Shown here one piece after another: positions 34,764 through 48,389 of a stretch of 56,004 nt of DNA. The notes below the pieces were generated by a model. The model was not told where the DNA came from and did not search any database. It was given only the letters and a program-made list of their open reading frames with translations. The position numbers were made by a program, and so were the translations under genes. The number at the start of each line of letters is the position of its first letter. The first letter of the stretch is position 1. This stretch comes from Cetorhinus maximus (Eukaryota): assembly GCF_964194155.1 (NCBI RefSeq), contig NC_135882.1, positions 90,837,997 to 90,894,000 on the forward strand. The letters run 5' to 3'.

Positions 34764-37700
34764 TAGGTACATTGTCCAAAATCCACTAACCTCAGGTTCA
34801 AGACCATGCTGAATTTCGTGTTTTCTCAGATTTCGGACAATAAAATTGGAAGGCTATCCTAGGCCAAATGCAATGAATAAGACATATGTGAAATAAAGTA
34901 CTTTTTTTTTAAAGAATACATACTACTGTATACATAAAGCTTGAAAAATATTTTTTAAATTTGTATATATCAAATATTCTGGTTGAAGATTGAGGTTGAG
35001 AGAGAGAGCTCAGCTGGGATGTCTGGAGTTGATGGGCCAGCAATAGGATTTTTCTGTGTGGAAATTGCATTTGAAGTTAAAGTCAGATAAGTAGCAGTCT
35101 GCTGGGATGCCTTGTTAAAGAGATCAGCTAATTTCATTTGCTTCATGAACTTAGGCTTCTCCTTGATTTAGTTTTTCTTGAATCTTGTAAACCTGCTTTA
35201 TTTTTTATTCTGTTATGAGCTACATTGCTGTAGGGCATGAATTAAATCATCTTCCATATTTTTACATTTGTCTATGGACACTTTCTTCACTTGATCACTA
35301 ATATCATCATCATCATCATTCTCACTGTTTTTGTCTTTCTCCTCAGGACTTAAAGCCATTTCTACAATTTCACCATTTGTAAGCATGTGAACAACGGGAG
35401 CATCGTTGTCTAATGTTCATAACTTCTTCGAAACCTTGTTCATCCAATCATTGCACAGTTTGAGAAGATGACCCTCTCCCATACTCTTAACCGTTCCAAA
35501 ATCATTTTCTTCTCATTAGAAACACCAAATACTTCAAGATTATCATCTTCATCATCGTTAAACATAGTTGCCGGCCACAGGTTGAGCCAAGTATTAGTTA
35601 TGGTCTCTTTCACTTGGATCCACGTATAAGTAGCAGGCCAGATGGCAACCTTCATTGAAACTTCTTTTTAATACCATCCAATTCCCAAGTCTCAGTTCAC
35701 AGCACTAAGCATATGCCTCAAATACTTGGACTTCATGGACCTTAAAATTCCTTTGTCCATTGGCTGTATCAGTGATGTTGCGTTCAGAGATAATTATATG
35801 CCACAATGTCTATCACAAGAAGTTCAGCATCAGGATGCACTAAGCAATTGTCAAGCAACAACCAGAAGTTGAGGCCACAATCAGATCAGCCATGATTTTA
35901 TTGAATGGTGGGGCAGGCTCAAGCGGACGAATGGCCTACTCCTCCTAATTCATATGTTTGTGCATAGGAAGGTTTGTAGTCAAGTACCCCAGGGGTCAGT
36001 GTTGGGATCCTTGCTCTTCCGGATATAAATAACTTAGACCTTGATGTACAGGGCACAATTCCAAAATTTTCAGATAATATGAAACTTGGAAGCATTGTGA
36101 ACTGAGGAGGATAGTGTAGAACTTCAAAAGGCCATAGATAAGTTGGTGGAATGGGCACAAATGCAGGATGAAGTTCATTGTAAAGAAATGTGAAGTGATT
36201 CATTTTGGTAGGAGAATATGGAGAGACTATATAAAATAAAGGATACAACTTAGAGGTGCAGGAGCAGAGCGACCTGGGTATATATGTGCATAAGTCATTG
36301 AAGGTGACAGGACAGGATGAGAGCACAATTAATAAAGTATACAGTATCCTAGGCGTTATTGATAGGGACGTACAGTACAAGAACAAGGAAGTTGTATTGA
36401 ACTTGTGTTCAGCCTCAGCTGGAGTACTGCATCCAGTTCTGGGAGCCACACATTAGGAAGGATGTGAAGACATTGGAAAGAGTGCAGAAAAGATTTATGA
36501 GAATGGTTCCAGGATGAGGAACTTCAGTTATGAAGATAGACTGGAGAAGTTTTCCTTGGAGAAAAGATGGCTGAGTGGAGATTTGATGGAGGTATTCAAA
36601 ATCATGAGGGGTCTGGATTGAGAACGAGAGGGTGCAGATTTACAGAATTTGGCAAAAGAAGCAAAAGCAATGTGAGAAAAAAAATTTCATGTAGCAAGTG
36701 GTTGAGGTCTGGAATGCACTGCCTAATAGTGTGGTGGAGGCAGATTCAATCAAAGTATTCAAAAGGAAATTAGACTGTTACCTGAAAAAGAAGGAAATGC
36801 AATTTTCCCTCCTCCTCCCTGTAACCCTGCTCAAAGTGAACTGCTCATACGGCAAGCTGGTGCAGACACGATGGGCTGAATGACCTCCTTCTGCACTGTA
36901 ACAATTCTGTGATTCTGAACAATAACTCCTCATCAAGCTCACCTTACTTAGAATGTTCATGAGCCTTGGGAAGAAAGAGCTTCTTAAATCAGTCTAATTA
37001 AATTTTCTTGGTTATCATTGCTCTCTTAATATAATAATGAACTGGAAATAGTCTTACTCCCTTGAAACATCTTGGATGCTAGCTTTCTCGAATACGCATT
37101 GGTTTACATTTCTGTAGCAGCTGCATTAGCAAAACCAAGCACAATAACCCGTCTTTTACACCTGTTGATGCCTTCCCATCAGCTGTTGCTATGGTTTTCC
37201 TTGGTAGGTAAAGCCAAAATAGGGGTGCTTCATTGGTATTGTAGAGTTGTTCAGCAGAAAGGTTTTCATCAGCAATTAGCTTGGCGAGCTTATCTGTAAT
37301 TTTCAGTTGCCTCACGATCTGCTGAGGCTTTATCTCCACTCACTTTTGATTGCCTTGTTCTATGTGCCTTTTAAATTTCATTAACCAACCTGAAGTGTAG
37401 TTGCGTGGAGTTGAAATACTCAGATCATCATGGAAAATCTTGGCTTGCTTAATCAACAGTTGCCCAGGCAATGGCACCCCTCACTCCTCTTTTGAATCCA
37501 ATCCATTATCACTTCGTCTGAATCATCACTTTTAGGTTTATGTATTGTTTTTCATTAATTGTCACTTCCAGCATAAAACTTCAAGATCTGGTCTTTCTGG
37601 TTCTTTAAATTGTAAATGGCGGAGGGTCCCCCCCCCACCCCCCACCTCCCCGGCTCAGCTTTTGCGCTGACGCACGTCTATTTAATTTCTGCAATAATTT

Positions 37701-38082
37701 CACTTCCTTGGCTGTAGACAAGGTATGCTTCCTTTTTGCAATGTTACCCATGGGGAGTATCTGCCGATCACTTTGACATTATTGCATTGGCAGAGACTTA
37801 TTATCACTAATAAAACTTATCATTCTCTGTAATACCCTGTAATAAAAACATTTGGGTCAGACATTTTGGGCTGGGTCAGGTGAAGCCAAGGATCATCGAC
37901 CCAGAGAGTGGGAACTTGACTGGCGTACCACTGTAAACAAAGTGGCGAAGCTGGCGTGCTACCGAGAAGCAGCGCCTAGCAAATTGTCCTGGTAAGTCTG
38001 AATTACATTTAACTACATACGAAATGCAGCATTTTCAAAAATGTTCAGTTTTTGGGCAGCCGAAGTTTGGGCATCATACCTA
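34764..38082 (-). mobile_element. pogo/Tigger-like DNA transposon fossil, interrupted by CR1
   Basis: TA flanks with imperfect TIRs (TATAGGTA 34762-34769 / TACCTATA 38077-38084); transposase motifs LIADENLSAEQLYNxxExxLFW (37079-37339), LLDN..H and TSLIQPMDKGI (about 35750-35860), SGWLxKFK. Confidence 0.85.
35864..36915 (+). mobile_element. CR1-type LINE fragments (short tail 35864-35965 followed by RT and 3' UTR)
   Basis: VPQGSVLG, KFSDN, LERVQKRFMRMVP motifs and tail. Confidence 0.88.
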
Positions 38083-38099
38083 TAATATGAACAGATATT

Positions 38100-38600
38100 G
38101 CTTTAAACCTGACTTTGTCTCTGAGCTTTCTCTCAACAGCTGTTCCCCTCCACAACTAGGATAAATGGATGATAATAGCATCCTGCATGTTGAGCACTGA
38201 CATGCAGAAACCTCGCCTGTAGTCTCGTCTTTAAAGAAGTGAAATCTGTTTTGTTTTATACAATGTTATAGGTTAGCAACAGAACCTCATATGGTTGACA
38301 ATCTACATCTCCTAATCACTTCAATCCAATGACACTGAATGGGCTGATCAAACATTTTTCCTAATTTTGCATCAGGTGATGGGAATGTGAGCTGTTCTAG
38401 CAAACGGAGCATTAATTGTTTATGCAAAAATGGACAGCAAATTGACTAACCCATCAAAATTCTTGCTCTTTGGAATGATCGAGTGGCCATGAAAGTACAA
38501 AACGTTGTGACTTTCTGAGCCAAAGTAAATGCTGTCCCGGTTTTCCTGGTTTGCAGATCCCCTTTGCAGGGTGTCTTGAGGAAAATTAGAATAAGACCCC
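38100..38600 (-). mobile_element. PIF/Harbinger transposase remnant
   Basis: Manual minus-strand translation gives TAFTLAQKVTTFCTFMATRSFQ..SQFAVHFCI and RFLHVSAQHAGCYYHPFIL, resembling HARBI1-type motifs. Confidence 0.6.
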
Positions 38601-39106
38601 CTAGATCAATGCAGCCTGATTAATTGGGTATCTGCAAGACTGTCTGGATCTTCTACCATGCTCTGTTATCAGTGTCTTGTTCTCTGCTTTTCTGCTGTTT
38701 TTTGTCTTGCCCCTCAAGAAGGGAATCCACGTTAGGAAGCCAATACTGAAAACTAGCTACATTTAAGAAAATTTCTCAGAAGCATGATCCTGACCCCTAT
38801 TCTACTATTTTAATGGGTTGCTCCACAACTTTTGGCTAAACTTCAGTCTCTCACTCCTGAGCTTGGGTCACCCCAATTGTATGGAGGTAAGTGAGTTGGA
38901 GGACTCTCCCCTGCGTTTCTCCTGGGCCCAGCCAACTCTACCATTCATAGCTCCAAGATGTATAAGATCTGGAGCATATTTTACTCCAGCTGCCTGCCTC
39001 TCTTCCACAGTCTTGTGCATGCCTGTGTGGTCCTAGAGAAGGATTGTACACTCTGTCCATATATTTGAGACCTTCCTGACTTGTGGGCACCACAGACGGT
39101 TAATTG

Positions 39107-40385
39107 TTTTTTTTTTATTCATCCACAGGATGTAGGCTTTGCTGGCTGGGCCAGCATTTATTGCCTATCCCTAGTTGCCCTTGAGAAGGTGATGATCAGT
39201 TGCCTTCTTGTACTGCTGCAGTCCATGTGGTGTAGATACACACACAGGACTGTTAGGGAGGGAGTTCCAGGATTTTGACCCAGTGACAGTGAAGAAACGG
39301 CGATATACTTCCAAGTCAGGATGGTGAATGGCTTGAAAGGGAACTTCCAGGTGGTGGTGTTCCCATCTATTTGCTGCCGTTGTCCTTCTAGATGGTAGTG
39401 GTTATGGGTTTGGAAGGTGCTGTCGAAGGAGTCTTGGTAAATTCCTGCAGTGCACCTTGTAGATGCTATACACTGCTGCTACTGTGCGTCGATGGTGGAG
39501 GGAGTGAATGTTTAGTGGAAGGGGTGCCAATCAAGCGGGCTGTTTTGTCCTGGGCCATGTCAAACTTCAGGTGTTGTGGGAGCTGCACTCATCCAGACAA
39601 GTGGGGAGTATTCCATCACACTCCTGAGTTGTGCCTTGTAGATGGTGGACTAGCTTTGGGGAGTCAGGAGATGGGCTACTCGTCACACAATTTCTAGCCT
39701 CTGACCTGCCCTTGTAGCCACAGTATTTATATGGCTAGTCCAGTTCAGTTTCTGGTCAATGGTAACGCCCAGGATGTTGATAGTGGGGGATTTAGTGATG
39801 GTAATGCCATTGAACGTCAAGGGGCGATGGTTGGATTCTTTCTTGTTGGAAATGGTCATTGCCTGGCATTTGTGTGGTGTGAATGTTACTTGCCACTTGT
39901 AAGCCCAAACCTGGATGCTGTCCAGGTTTTGCTGCATTTGGACATGGACTACTTCAATATCTGAGTCGTCGCAAATGGTACTGAACATTGTGCAATCATC
40001 AGCAAACATCCCCACTTCTGACCTTATGTTGGAAAGAAGGTCATTGTTGAAGCAGCTGAAGATGGTTGGGCCGAGGACACAACTCTGAGGAACTCCTGCA
40101 GTGACGTCCTGTAGCTGGGATGACCGACCTCCAACAACCGCAGCCATCTTTTGTGCTAGGCATGACTCCAACCAGTGGAGAGTTTTCCTCCTGATTCCCA
40201 TTGACTCCAGTTTTTTGATAGGGTTCCTTGATGCCACACTCGGTCAAATGCTGTCTTGATGTCAAGTGCAGTCATTTACCTCACCTCGGGAGCTCAGCTG
40301 TTTTGTCCATGTTTGAACCAAGGCTGTAATGAGGTCAGGAGTTGAGTAACCCTGTCAGTGAGCAGGTTATTGCTAAGCAAGTGCC
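39107..40385 (-). mobile_element. 5'-truncated copy of the 19013-22195 LINE family
   Basis: ORF 39683-40237 GVPQSCVLGPTIFSCF...VGMFADDCTMF; same 3' tail; poly-T at 39107. Confidence 0.92.
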
Positions 40386-41249
40386 TGTCTTTCTGCCCTT
40401 TTGCACTGTAATTCAGTGCTCTTTTTGCTCACCATCTTCTGCAACCTTTTCCAGCCAGAATACACCTCCTCTTTTGAGAGTTTTTCAGTGGTACAGGCTA
40501 GCTTTAAGCTAAATATGGGATCTCTGCTGAGGCATGCATCCACCTAAGCAGTATGTTTATCGTGAAAGTCAGTAAGCAACACAAAGTTTGCTTGTATCAA
40601 AAGCAGTGAGCCCAGGTAAATTGCGCATTGCGACACCACCTGGTTTTGGGTCCTGTCCAATTTCAGTGCCTCAAGTTAACATTACATTATGTACTGGAAT
40701 AAAGTATTCTCAAGCTATGCCATATAAACTTCTAAGATTTAGCTCATGAAGAAAACATTAAGGAAAACTAATGTAAGACTTTAATGTACTTTTCAAAACA
40801 TGAAAGGTTGTACTTTTCAGGTTAGAGTAGATTTCCTCCTAGTTCATTCCCTTTTTTGAGTTGAAGGCATCCAGGTGTTCACTTCTAGTTCATGACTTGT
40901 ATGATGCAGAGTTTTCTAGTACATTAAAGTTAGAATTAAGATTTTCATTTTTATCTTGAATTTGCACATTGGATTATCAACAAAGTAAATACAGCAGTAA
41001 GGTCTTTCCTGCTACAGTATTTAGCATCTAAACACATAAATCATACTTTGTCATTGATTTTTTTTTAAACAAGTGTCAAGAAAAGGCAAGTCCATCATTT
41101 CCACTTAAATGAGGAACTTCCCTAGCAACAGAAAATGCCTTTCAAGTTACCTCAGATAATCCCTAACAGTAGTTAGCTTCTAATTGACCTTAAGGAATAA
41201 CAGCAAATAAATCTTCTAACCTTAAAAGTTACACAAAGCTGCTTTTTAG

Positions 41250-44200
41250 GAACCATTCAATGAGTGCTACATAATAGGTCAGAATGAGACATGCCTAAGA
41301 AACATCAGAGCTGGGATATACTTAGAAAAGATAGGGAAAACGGGGAGGTGGTGTAGTTGTAGTTATTCAGGATAACAACGGCAATAGAAAAAAGAAACAG
41401 AACTATAGGCAAAACAAAAATAGAATCCATATTGATAGAGAAAAAAGATAATGAAGGATCAATCACACTAATAGGTGAAGGCTACAGACCACCTAATAGT
41501 GGAAGGAGATAGAGGAAGAAACATGCAGACAAATTGGGGAATTGAGTAAAAAGCATAGAATAATGGAGGATTTCAACTACCCTGTGTTACGACCACAGTA
41601 GATGTTATTGTTGAGCAAGCCTGATCCCAGAGGGAAAACCTGTCTTGCTGATCATAAACCTTTTGTATTTTGAAAATAAGGAGGAAGAGCTACTGACCCG
41701 AAAAGCATAGAACTCCAGTAACACCTTTAAGATTTTTAAAATTAGACGAGCTATTTGAAAGAAAAAACTCAAGCATATTAGATTAAAATTACACAGTTAA
41801 AACAGTCATACAGCATAACCCTAAAAAAAACCTACTTGGTTAAAACGCATAAGTAAGCTACCTTCTTGACAACAGCTCCCTTATAGTTTTTAATCATAAA
41901 AATACAGTAGTATTACTCAAAGCGAAGAATTGTCGCTTTAATAAAGGTATACCACATGACTCCTCAAACAGTTCCACTCAGATGTAGAAATCCAAAACGA
42001 AGGTTCAGAAACTAGCTGCTTTCTCAAAACAGACTTTTCTGGCATGAAACTGGGTAGCTTTCATCAAATCCTTCACAGCTTATCACACAGAAGCTGTCTT
42101 CAGTGGGTTCTCCCATACAGCCACACCAACTCAGCTAAACATCTTTCCTTAAATATCTATTTTTCCCTTTCATCTCAAATTCTATTGTCCTTGCACCTCT
42201 CTGAACTCAACTTCTCCAAACATAAAAATCTGTTATGTCCTCCTATTGCCTCTACTTTCAGGTCAATAAAATTTAATATACCTTCCCCGGTTTACCTATT
42301 GAAACCTTTGTAAGTTGTAAAAGTTCCTTGTCACTTCTAAACTTCCCTTTGAAATTCAAGAGCTAAGAAACCAAGTCCCCACTTATAATGCAAATTTTAA
42401 ATCCAACCTATTGTAACTCAAACACACCATAACCTCTCATTGCAAATGTCTGAACCTAACATCTTTATCTTTTTATTTCTGTTTTCACAGACGAGCTGTC
42501 TCTATTAACCTCACCCAGTTTAATGAATTATGGACACACACACACACACACACACAGCTTCCTTTAGAGAATACCACCATAAATCCAAAAATATATTTAA
42601 AAATCCATCACTCGTGATATTAATTGGGCAGACAAGGTAAGAAAAGGGGATAAGGGAATGGAGTTCCTACAATGTGACTTCTCTCAAACCCAGATGTAAA
42701 AAGTCCAACAAGGGAAGACTCCCCATTACTAGATCCAATAGTGAATGAACCAGAGCAGATAAGAGAAGTAAAAGTAGGGGGAATATTCAGGCTATAGTGG
42801 CCATAACACAATATGCTTTGAGGTGATGTTGGAGAAGGACACAAGTATGACAAAACTAAGTTAATAGATTGAGGAAAAGCTGATTTTGAGACTGAGAATA
42901 GAACTTGGGAAAGTAAAATATGTAATAATATTGTCAAACAACAATGGGAAACATTTAAAACTATGTTCAACAAAGTACAGGAAAATATATTCTGCTAAAA
43001 GGAAAGAACAAACTAAACAGTAGTGAGACTCGGTGATGAATAAAGACATAAAGGACCAGTTGAGTATTAGGAGGCAAAGAGATTAGGAGAGATGTCAAAA
43101 CAGTTAGAAAGGCAGAGAGGAACAATGAAATTAAATCATAAAGGAGCATAAGACACAAAACAAAATAGTAAAGTATTTTACAGGCAGATCAATAATAAAT
43201 ACTGTGATGGGAATAAGACCTTTAAAGGATAAACAGGAGAATACTACAGGCAACGATAGATGGAAGAAATATTAAACCATTATTTTGCTTCAGGATTTCC
43301 TAGGGAGATAGAACATGATGTTGAATGATGAGATGAGCAATGAGAGAGTGTATTTAAAATAAAAAAAGGGATGTAATGAATAAACTAAAATAATTCACAG
43401 GATAAAACCCTGTTGCAGACATATTTGATACCTTGTTAGAAAAAGGTGTAGTGCCAGTGGACTGGCAGATAACAAATGTAAATCCTATATTTATGAAGGT
43501 GACAGAACATGTTCAGGGAAAAATATAATGCATAGTCAGAATGGATTTCAAAAGGGAAAACCTTGCTTGACCAACCTGACTGAAATTTTTGAGGAAGTAA
43601 CAGAGAAAGTCGATAATGGTAATGCGTTAGATGCAACTTATCTGGATTTTCAAAAGGCCTTTGATAGGTGCCCCATAATAGATTAATGAATAAAGTCAGA
43701 GAATGTAAGTCAGGGGACAAGTGGCAGAATGGGTTGCCAAATGGCTTCAGGACAGAAAGCAGAGAATGGGAGTAAAGAATAGCTATTCAGAGTGGCAGAA
43801 GGTAGGAGGTTGTGTTCCACAAGGATTAGTGCTATTCACAATTGACATTTATGATTTGGGACTTTGGAATCAAAATCATCATTTCTGAATTAATGGATGG
43901 CACCAAATATGTATGTGTTGGGAGCAGTGGGGCAGAGATAGTCAGTATTGAGGTGGACTGCAACAAATTATAGGAAGATATAAATTGGCAAATAATTAAC
44001 AAAGAAGTTCAACACAAAATTTGAGGTAGTGTATTTTGGTTGAAAGAATAAGGAGGTCACTTATTACTTGGAAGGTGCAAGTCGAGGTGGGATATTGAAC
44101 TAAAAATGACTAAAATGGCACCACAGGGCGTTAAAAAAGGAATTCGCTATATTTCTAAAGTGGTAGAGTTGAAAAGTAGGGAAAGTATGCTAAACACTTG

Positions 44201-44740
44201 AGTACTGTGTGCAGTTCTGATCGCCATATTATAAAAAGGATAATGAGGCACTGGAGAGGATGCAGGGAAGAGTTACAAGGATGATTCCAGAAATGCATGT
44301 GTATACATATCAAGAAAGGATTGACAACCTGTGTTTCTTTTTCACTTGATAAAAGAAGGCTGAGAGGGTGACCAAATAGAGATCTTTATGAAATGTTTTG
44401 GTAACATGAATACAGAAAGAGTATTTCCTCTTGCGGGGAAGTGTGTAAGTAGAGGTCATCGATATAAGGTAGTCACCAAGAAACCCAATAGGGAATTCAG
44501 AATAAAGTTCTTTACCCAAAAAGTAGTGAGAATGTAGAATTCGCTACCACAGGGAGTGGTTGAAGGGAATGGCATAGATGCATTTAAGGGTAAGCTAGAA
44601 AAGCATTTCAGGGAGAAGGAAGTATATGGTTACGATGATTGATTTAGATGGGAGGAGGTGGAGCATAAGCTTCGGCATGGCATGATTAGGCTAAATGCCC
44701 TGTTTCCCCCTGTTTCTCTGCCATATATCCTATGTAGTCT
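41250..44740 (+). mobile_element. Long decayed CR1 (endonuclease to 3' tail), split by an insertion at 41585-42616
   Basis: GGGV, YRPPNSG, DFNYP|DINW, YLDFQKAFDRxPHNRL, VPQG motifs and 3' tail. Confidence 0.85.
41585..42619. mobile_element. About 1-kb insertion, candidate solo LTR
   Basis: Starts TGTTACGA, ends TCGTGATA (imperfect inverted ends); splits the CR1 motif DFNYP-DINW; contains (CA)n at about 42535-42556; no clear TSD. Confidence 0.5.
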
Positions 44741-45999
44741 TATGCCAGATTTTGTGAGCAGAACTCGCTGTTACTAAGATGTAAATTGGACAGCAACTTC
44801 CAGTGACTGCATATGCACAATTAAAAGCGTAAATCAGGAAATTGTTGTCCAAGTGTTACCCTGCTCCTTCAAAAGCTGTGGAATAATGGTTATCTTGCTG
44901 AGGGACTCACGACTCAATATACTGAATAGCATGTAGTGCTGTACTTGCCTGATGTATACCTTCCCAGCTCGCCTTAGAAGTCAGAGCTTGTCCATTCCAT
45001 TCTAAATACCCTTTTGATTGTATGGTAAGCCTTAATAAATACCATACAACCTCTCTGGCAGTTAAAATTAACTGTAGCAGGTGTGGAGTCTCTTTCCTTC
45101 AGATTTTAAGCATTGGCGATTTTTTAAAAATAAAAATGAATTGTCTCCTCTTGCTCTCTCAATCTTTCTTTCCTTATTTTTTTTTCTATACCTGATTTGA
45201 CATCAGACTCTGCATATTAATGATTCTTCAATCTGATTAGTTAAGGAGATATACAATTGCTTGCTTTGTTCACAAAGGTTCCAGATGCTCTGTAGAAGGC
45301 TGTGCTTTCTTCATAGTTGGCTGACAGGAACTTACAGTTCAAACGCCCATAAAAATTCTGTGGACTATTGGAAGTGCAGTTCGCCACCGACTGTGATATC
45401 CAACCTGTTATTGTTCTTCTCCCTTCATAAAAGAACAATTTTCTTGTGACTTTGAGCAATGTCTTGGAAGATTCGCTGAGTTTAGGGTTAAACTCATTTT
45501 AAAATGTTATTTGTAGTGCTTGTTTGTTAATTTCAATCAATGCAAAATTTTAGGTGTAAGGCTTATCTGAAGACTCTTGCATTCACATTGTATCTTTTTA
45601 GATCATCAAATATGGGACATGGTACATTATGGTCACCACCAGGAAGAATTAGCGGAACTGGTTGAGACTGCTGTACATGAAGCTGGATGCATAATCCATT
45701 GTTTTTACAACAATTCAGTGAAGTACAGAAAAGGTAACTGTCCTTTTCTGGATATTTTTGTCAACACAGTCTCTACATGCTACAGGTAATTTCAGAATGT
45801 GTAAGTTTGAATGTGCTTGGGGTGGGAGGAGGGTCTTTTTTTTCCAAAAAATCTTCAAGTAATAAGAGGTGAAAGCTGCTAAGGGCCAAGTGGAACACAT
45901 TTCAGTGGGATAGCATTAGGTGAACAGTGATTATAATATCAGGTTTAAAATAGTTATTTAAAAAGACAAGGTACAATCAAGTGTAAAAATACTTGACTC

Positions 46000-46895
46000 G
46001 GAGTGCTAACTTCAGTGAGATAAAAAGGGATCTGTCCCAGGTGGATTAGGAGAGTAGAAATTGATAAGCAAAGCAGCGATGTGAACTATGGGAGGCATTC
46101 GAAGTGGAGATGGTTTGGGTGAGAATAAACACAAAGCCAAAAGTGTGTGGAGCAAGAGCATCCAAAGCTAGAGCTCCCTGGATAACAAAGTATAAAGACT
46201 TAAAATTAGACAGAAACGGAGGTTTATAATAATAATCAGGTTCATAATATATTAGAAAACTAAGCTGAATATAGAAAGTACAGAGGAGATCTTAAAACTA
46301 GGGCAAATTGAAAGTAAGACAATGGATTAATAACTGATACAAAAGGGAACACACAAATAATAAAGGGTAGTTAAAGGGTGGGTGGGCCTGATTACGGACC
46401 ATAGAGGAGATAGTCTTCTGAAGATAATGGGTATAACCGAGCATGAGTATATTGCAATGTAAAGGAGGAGACAGTAGCAATATTGGATAGGATAAAAGTA
46501 AAGAGGAGGTACTTAAAAGTTTGGCAATCCTCTAAGTAGAAATGTCATCTGGTATGGATGGGATGCTTTTTAGGTACTGAGGAAAATAAGAGTAGAAATT
46601 GTGGAGTCTTTAGCCACAATCTTCCAAACCTCTTTGGATATGGGGGTGGTGCCACAGGACTGGCAGATTGCCAATGTTCGCCCCTGTTTAAAAAGGGGAT
46701 CGTGATAAACCCCACAACTACAGATCCAGAGGAATCATTTTTTTTACACAGCGAGTTGTTGTGATCTAGAATGCATTGCTGGAAAGAGTACAGGAAACAG
46801 ATTTGGTAGTAATATTCACAGAGTGGGGTTTTGATTGGATAGCTCTACCAAAGGCATGATGGGTAGAAAACCGCCATATCATTCTATGATTCTGG
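46000..46895 (+). mobile_element. Internally deleted CR1-type LINE remnant
   Basis: VPQDWQIANVxPLFKKG-like motif at about 46650-46700 joined to a 3' tail. Confidence 0.7.
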
Positions 46896-48063
46896 GTAAA
46901 GACTTATTATGCCATGTCAAATTCTGTGTGATAAAGATGTAACATAATTATAAGCTGTTATTGCTATCACTCTGATCTTGCACACAGAATTACAACAGCT
47001 GTAATGTTTTAATGTCGCAACATTTATAAATTATACACTCTCAACCAGTAGTTTCCTGGAAAATGTTGTTTAACCTATCACAAAAGTCAATATAAAGTCC
47101 TAATTTTCCCACATAACATTAATTTCATAATACTATACATTCTATGAAATCACTTTGGGGTGTTCCTGAGAAATATGAAGAGGTGCTATTTTACATTCAA
47201 GTTCTTGTGTTCTAATTAGCAGTGTTTTCTTTTTATCTATTTTTCAAAATTCTATGGCACTCCTCATTGCCACTTATTTTTTCCCCCTAACTTGTAAGAG
47301 CTAATCTGAAAACACACTTTCTCCCCAGTACTATTATAAAATTTTCAAAATTTTGTTTTAGTAGAAGTGTGTTTCAAGGATACTTGATTTGTGCACTTGT
47401 GACACCAACTTCTGATTTTTGCCCCTAGGTTCTAGATTCATGATTTGCAAAAATCTGGGGCAAAGAGTGACTGCACAAACTAAATGAACCTGATAGTGAG
47501 TTCTACTATGGAAAGTGGTATTTTCATTATGAGTAGAACTAAGAAGAAAATCGTTTGAGCAGGTAAACTTCTCTCCCTGACCCCATGACGTAATTATAGA
47601 AAAAGCAAACTCTTTGGTTTTTTTGCTTTACATTAGTTTACATTTTTGCCCTCCATAATTCACAAGTCCAGATAGTGAATTCTTATAACACATTGGCTAA
47701 TTTACTCAACCTCTATTAATATCCTTAATGGGAAATTCTTGCAACTGATACACAAGTTTTAGGGTAACTCCATGTAAATTATTTCAACAACTCAATTCTC
47801 AGAATTTATTTGAAAACCTTGGGGCCAATTTTCACTTTCACTAAACTGACAGCTGCGGATTGACTCTCTGTTATATGCAACACGCAATCTTTCAGTTCTG
47901 CTGAAACCTGAGAAAGGTAGGGACAGGGCATATTAAGGATGGTTCATCCACACTGCCCACTCCAAGGCAGACAATGTTTAAAATAATGTCATTTTCTTTT
48001 TGCATTATTAACCTTTCATAAATAATCTAACAAACCCTTTTAAGGTAATTTAGTAACATTGAG

Positions 48064-48345
48064 TTTTTTTTTTATTTGTTCTTGGGATGTGGAAATTGAT
48101 AATTGTCCTTAAGAACGTGGTGGTGAGCTGCTACCTTGAATCGCTGCAGTCCACGTAGGTTAGGTACACCTACAGTGCTGTTAGGAAGGGAATCCTGGGA
48201 TTTTGATCCAGTGACAGTGAAGAAATGATGATTATTGTTCCAATCAGGATGGTGAGCGACTTGGAGGGAAACTTGCAGGTGGTGGTGTTCCTATACTGTC
48301 CTTCTTCTAAAGGTAGAGGTCGCAGGTTTGGAAAGTGCTTTGGTG
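48064..48345 (-). mobile_element. 3' fragment of the 19013-22195 LINE family
   Basis: Shares GTCAGGATGGTG...GAACTTGCAGGTGGTGGTGTTCC blocks with the other copies. Confidence 0.85.
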
Positions 48346-48389
48346 AGTGAACAAATATAAACAACAATAAGGATAGTATTTCCACATAG

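Noticed and set aside
44745-45362. Possible MITE-like elements here and around 50474-52993
   Set aside because: Terminal repeats too degenerate to support by eye
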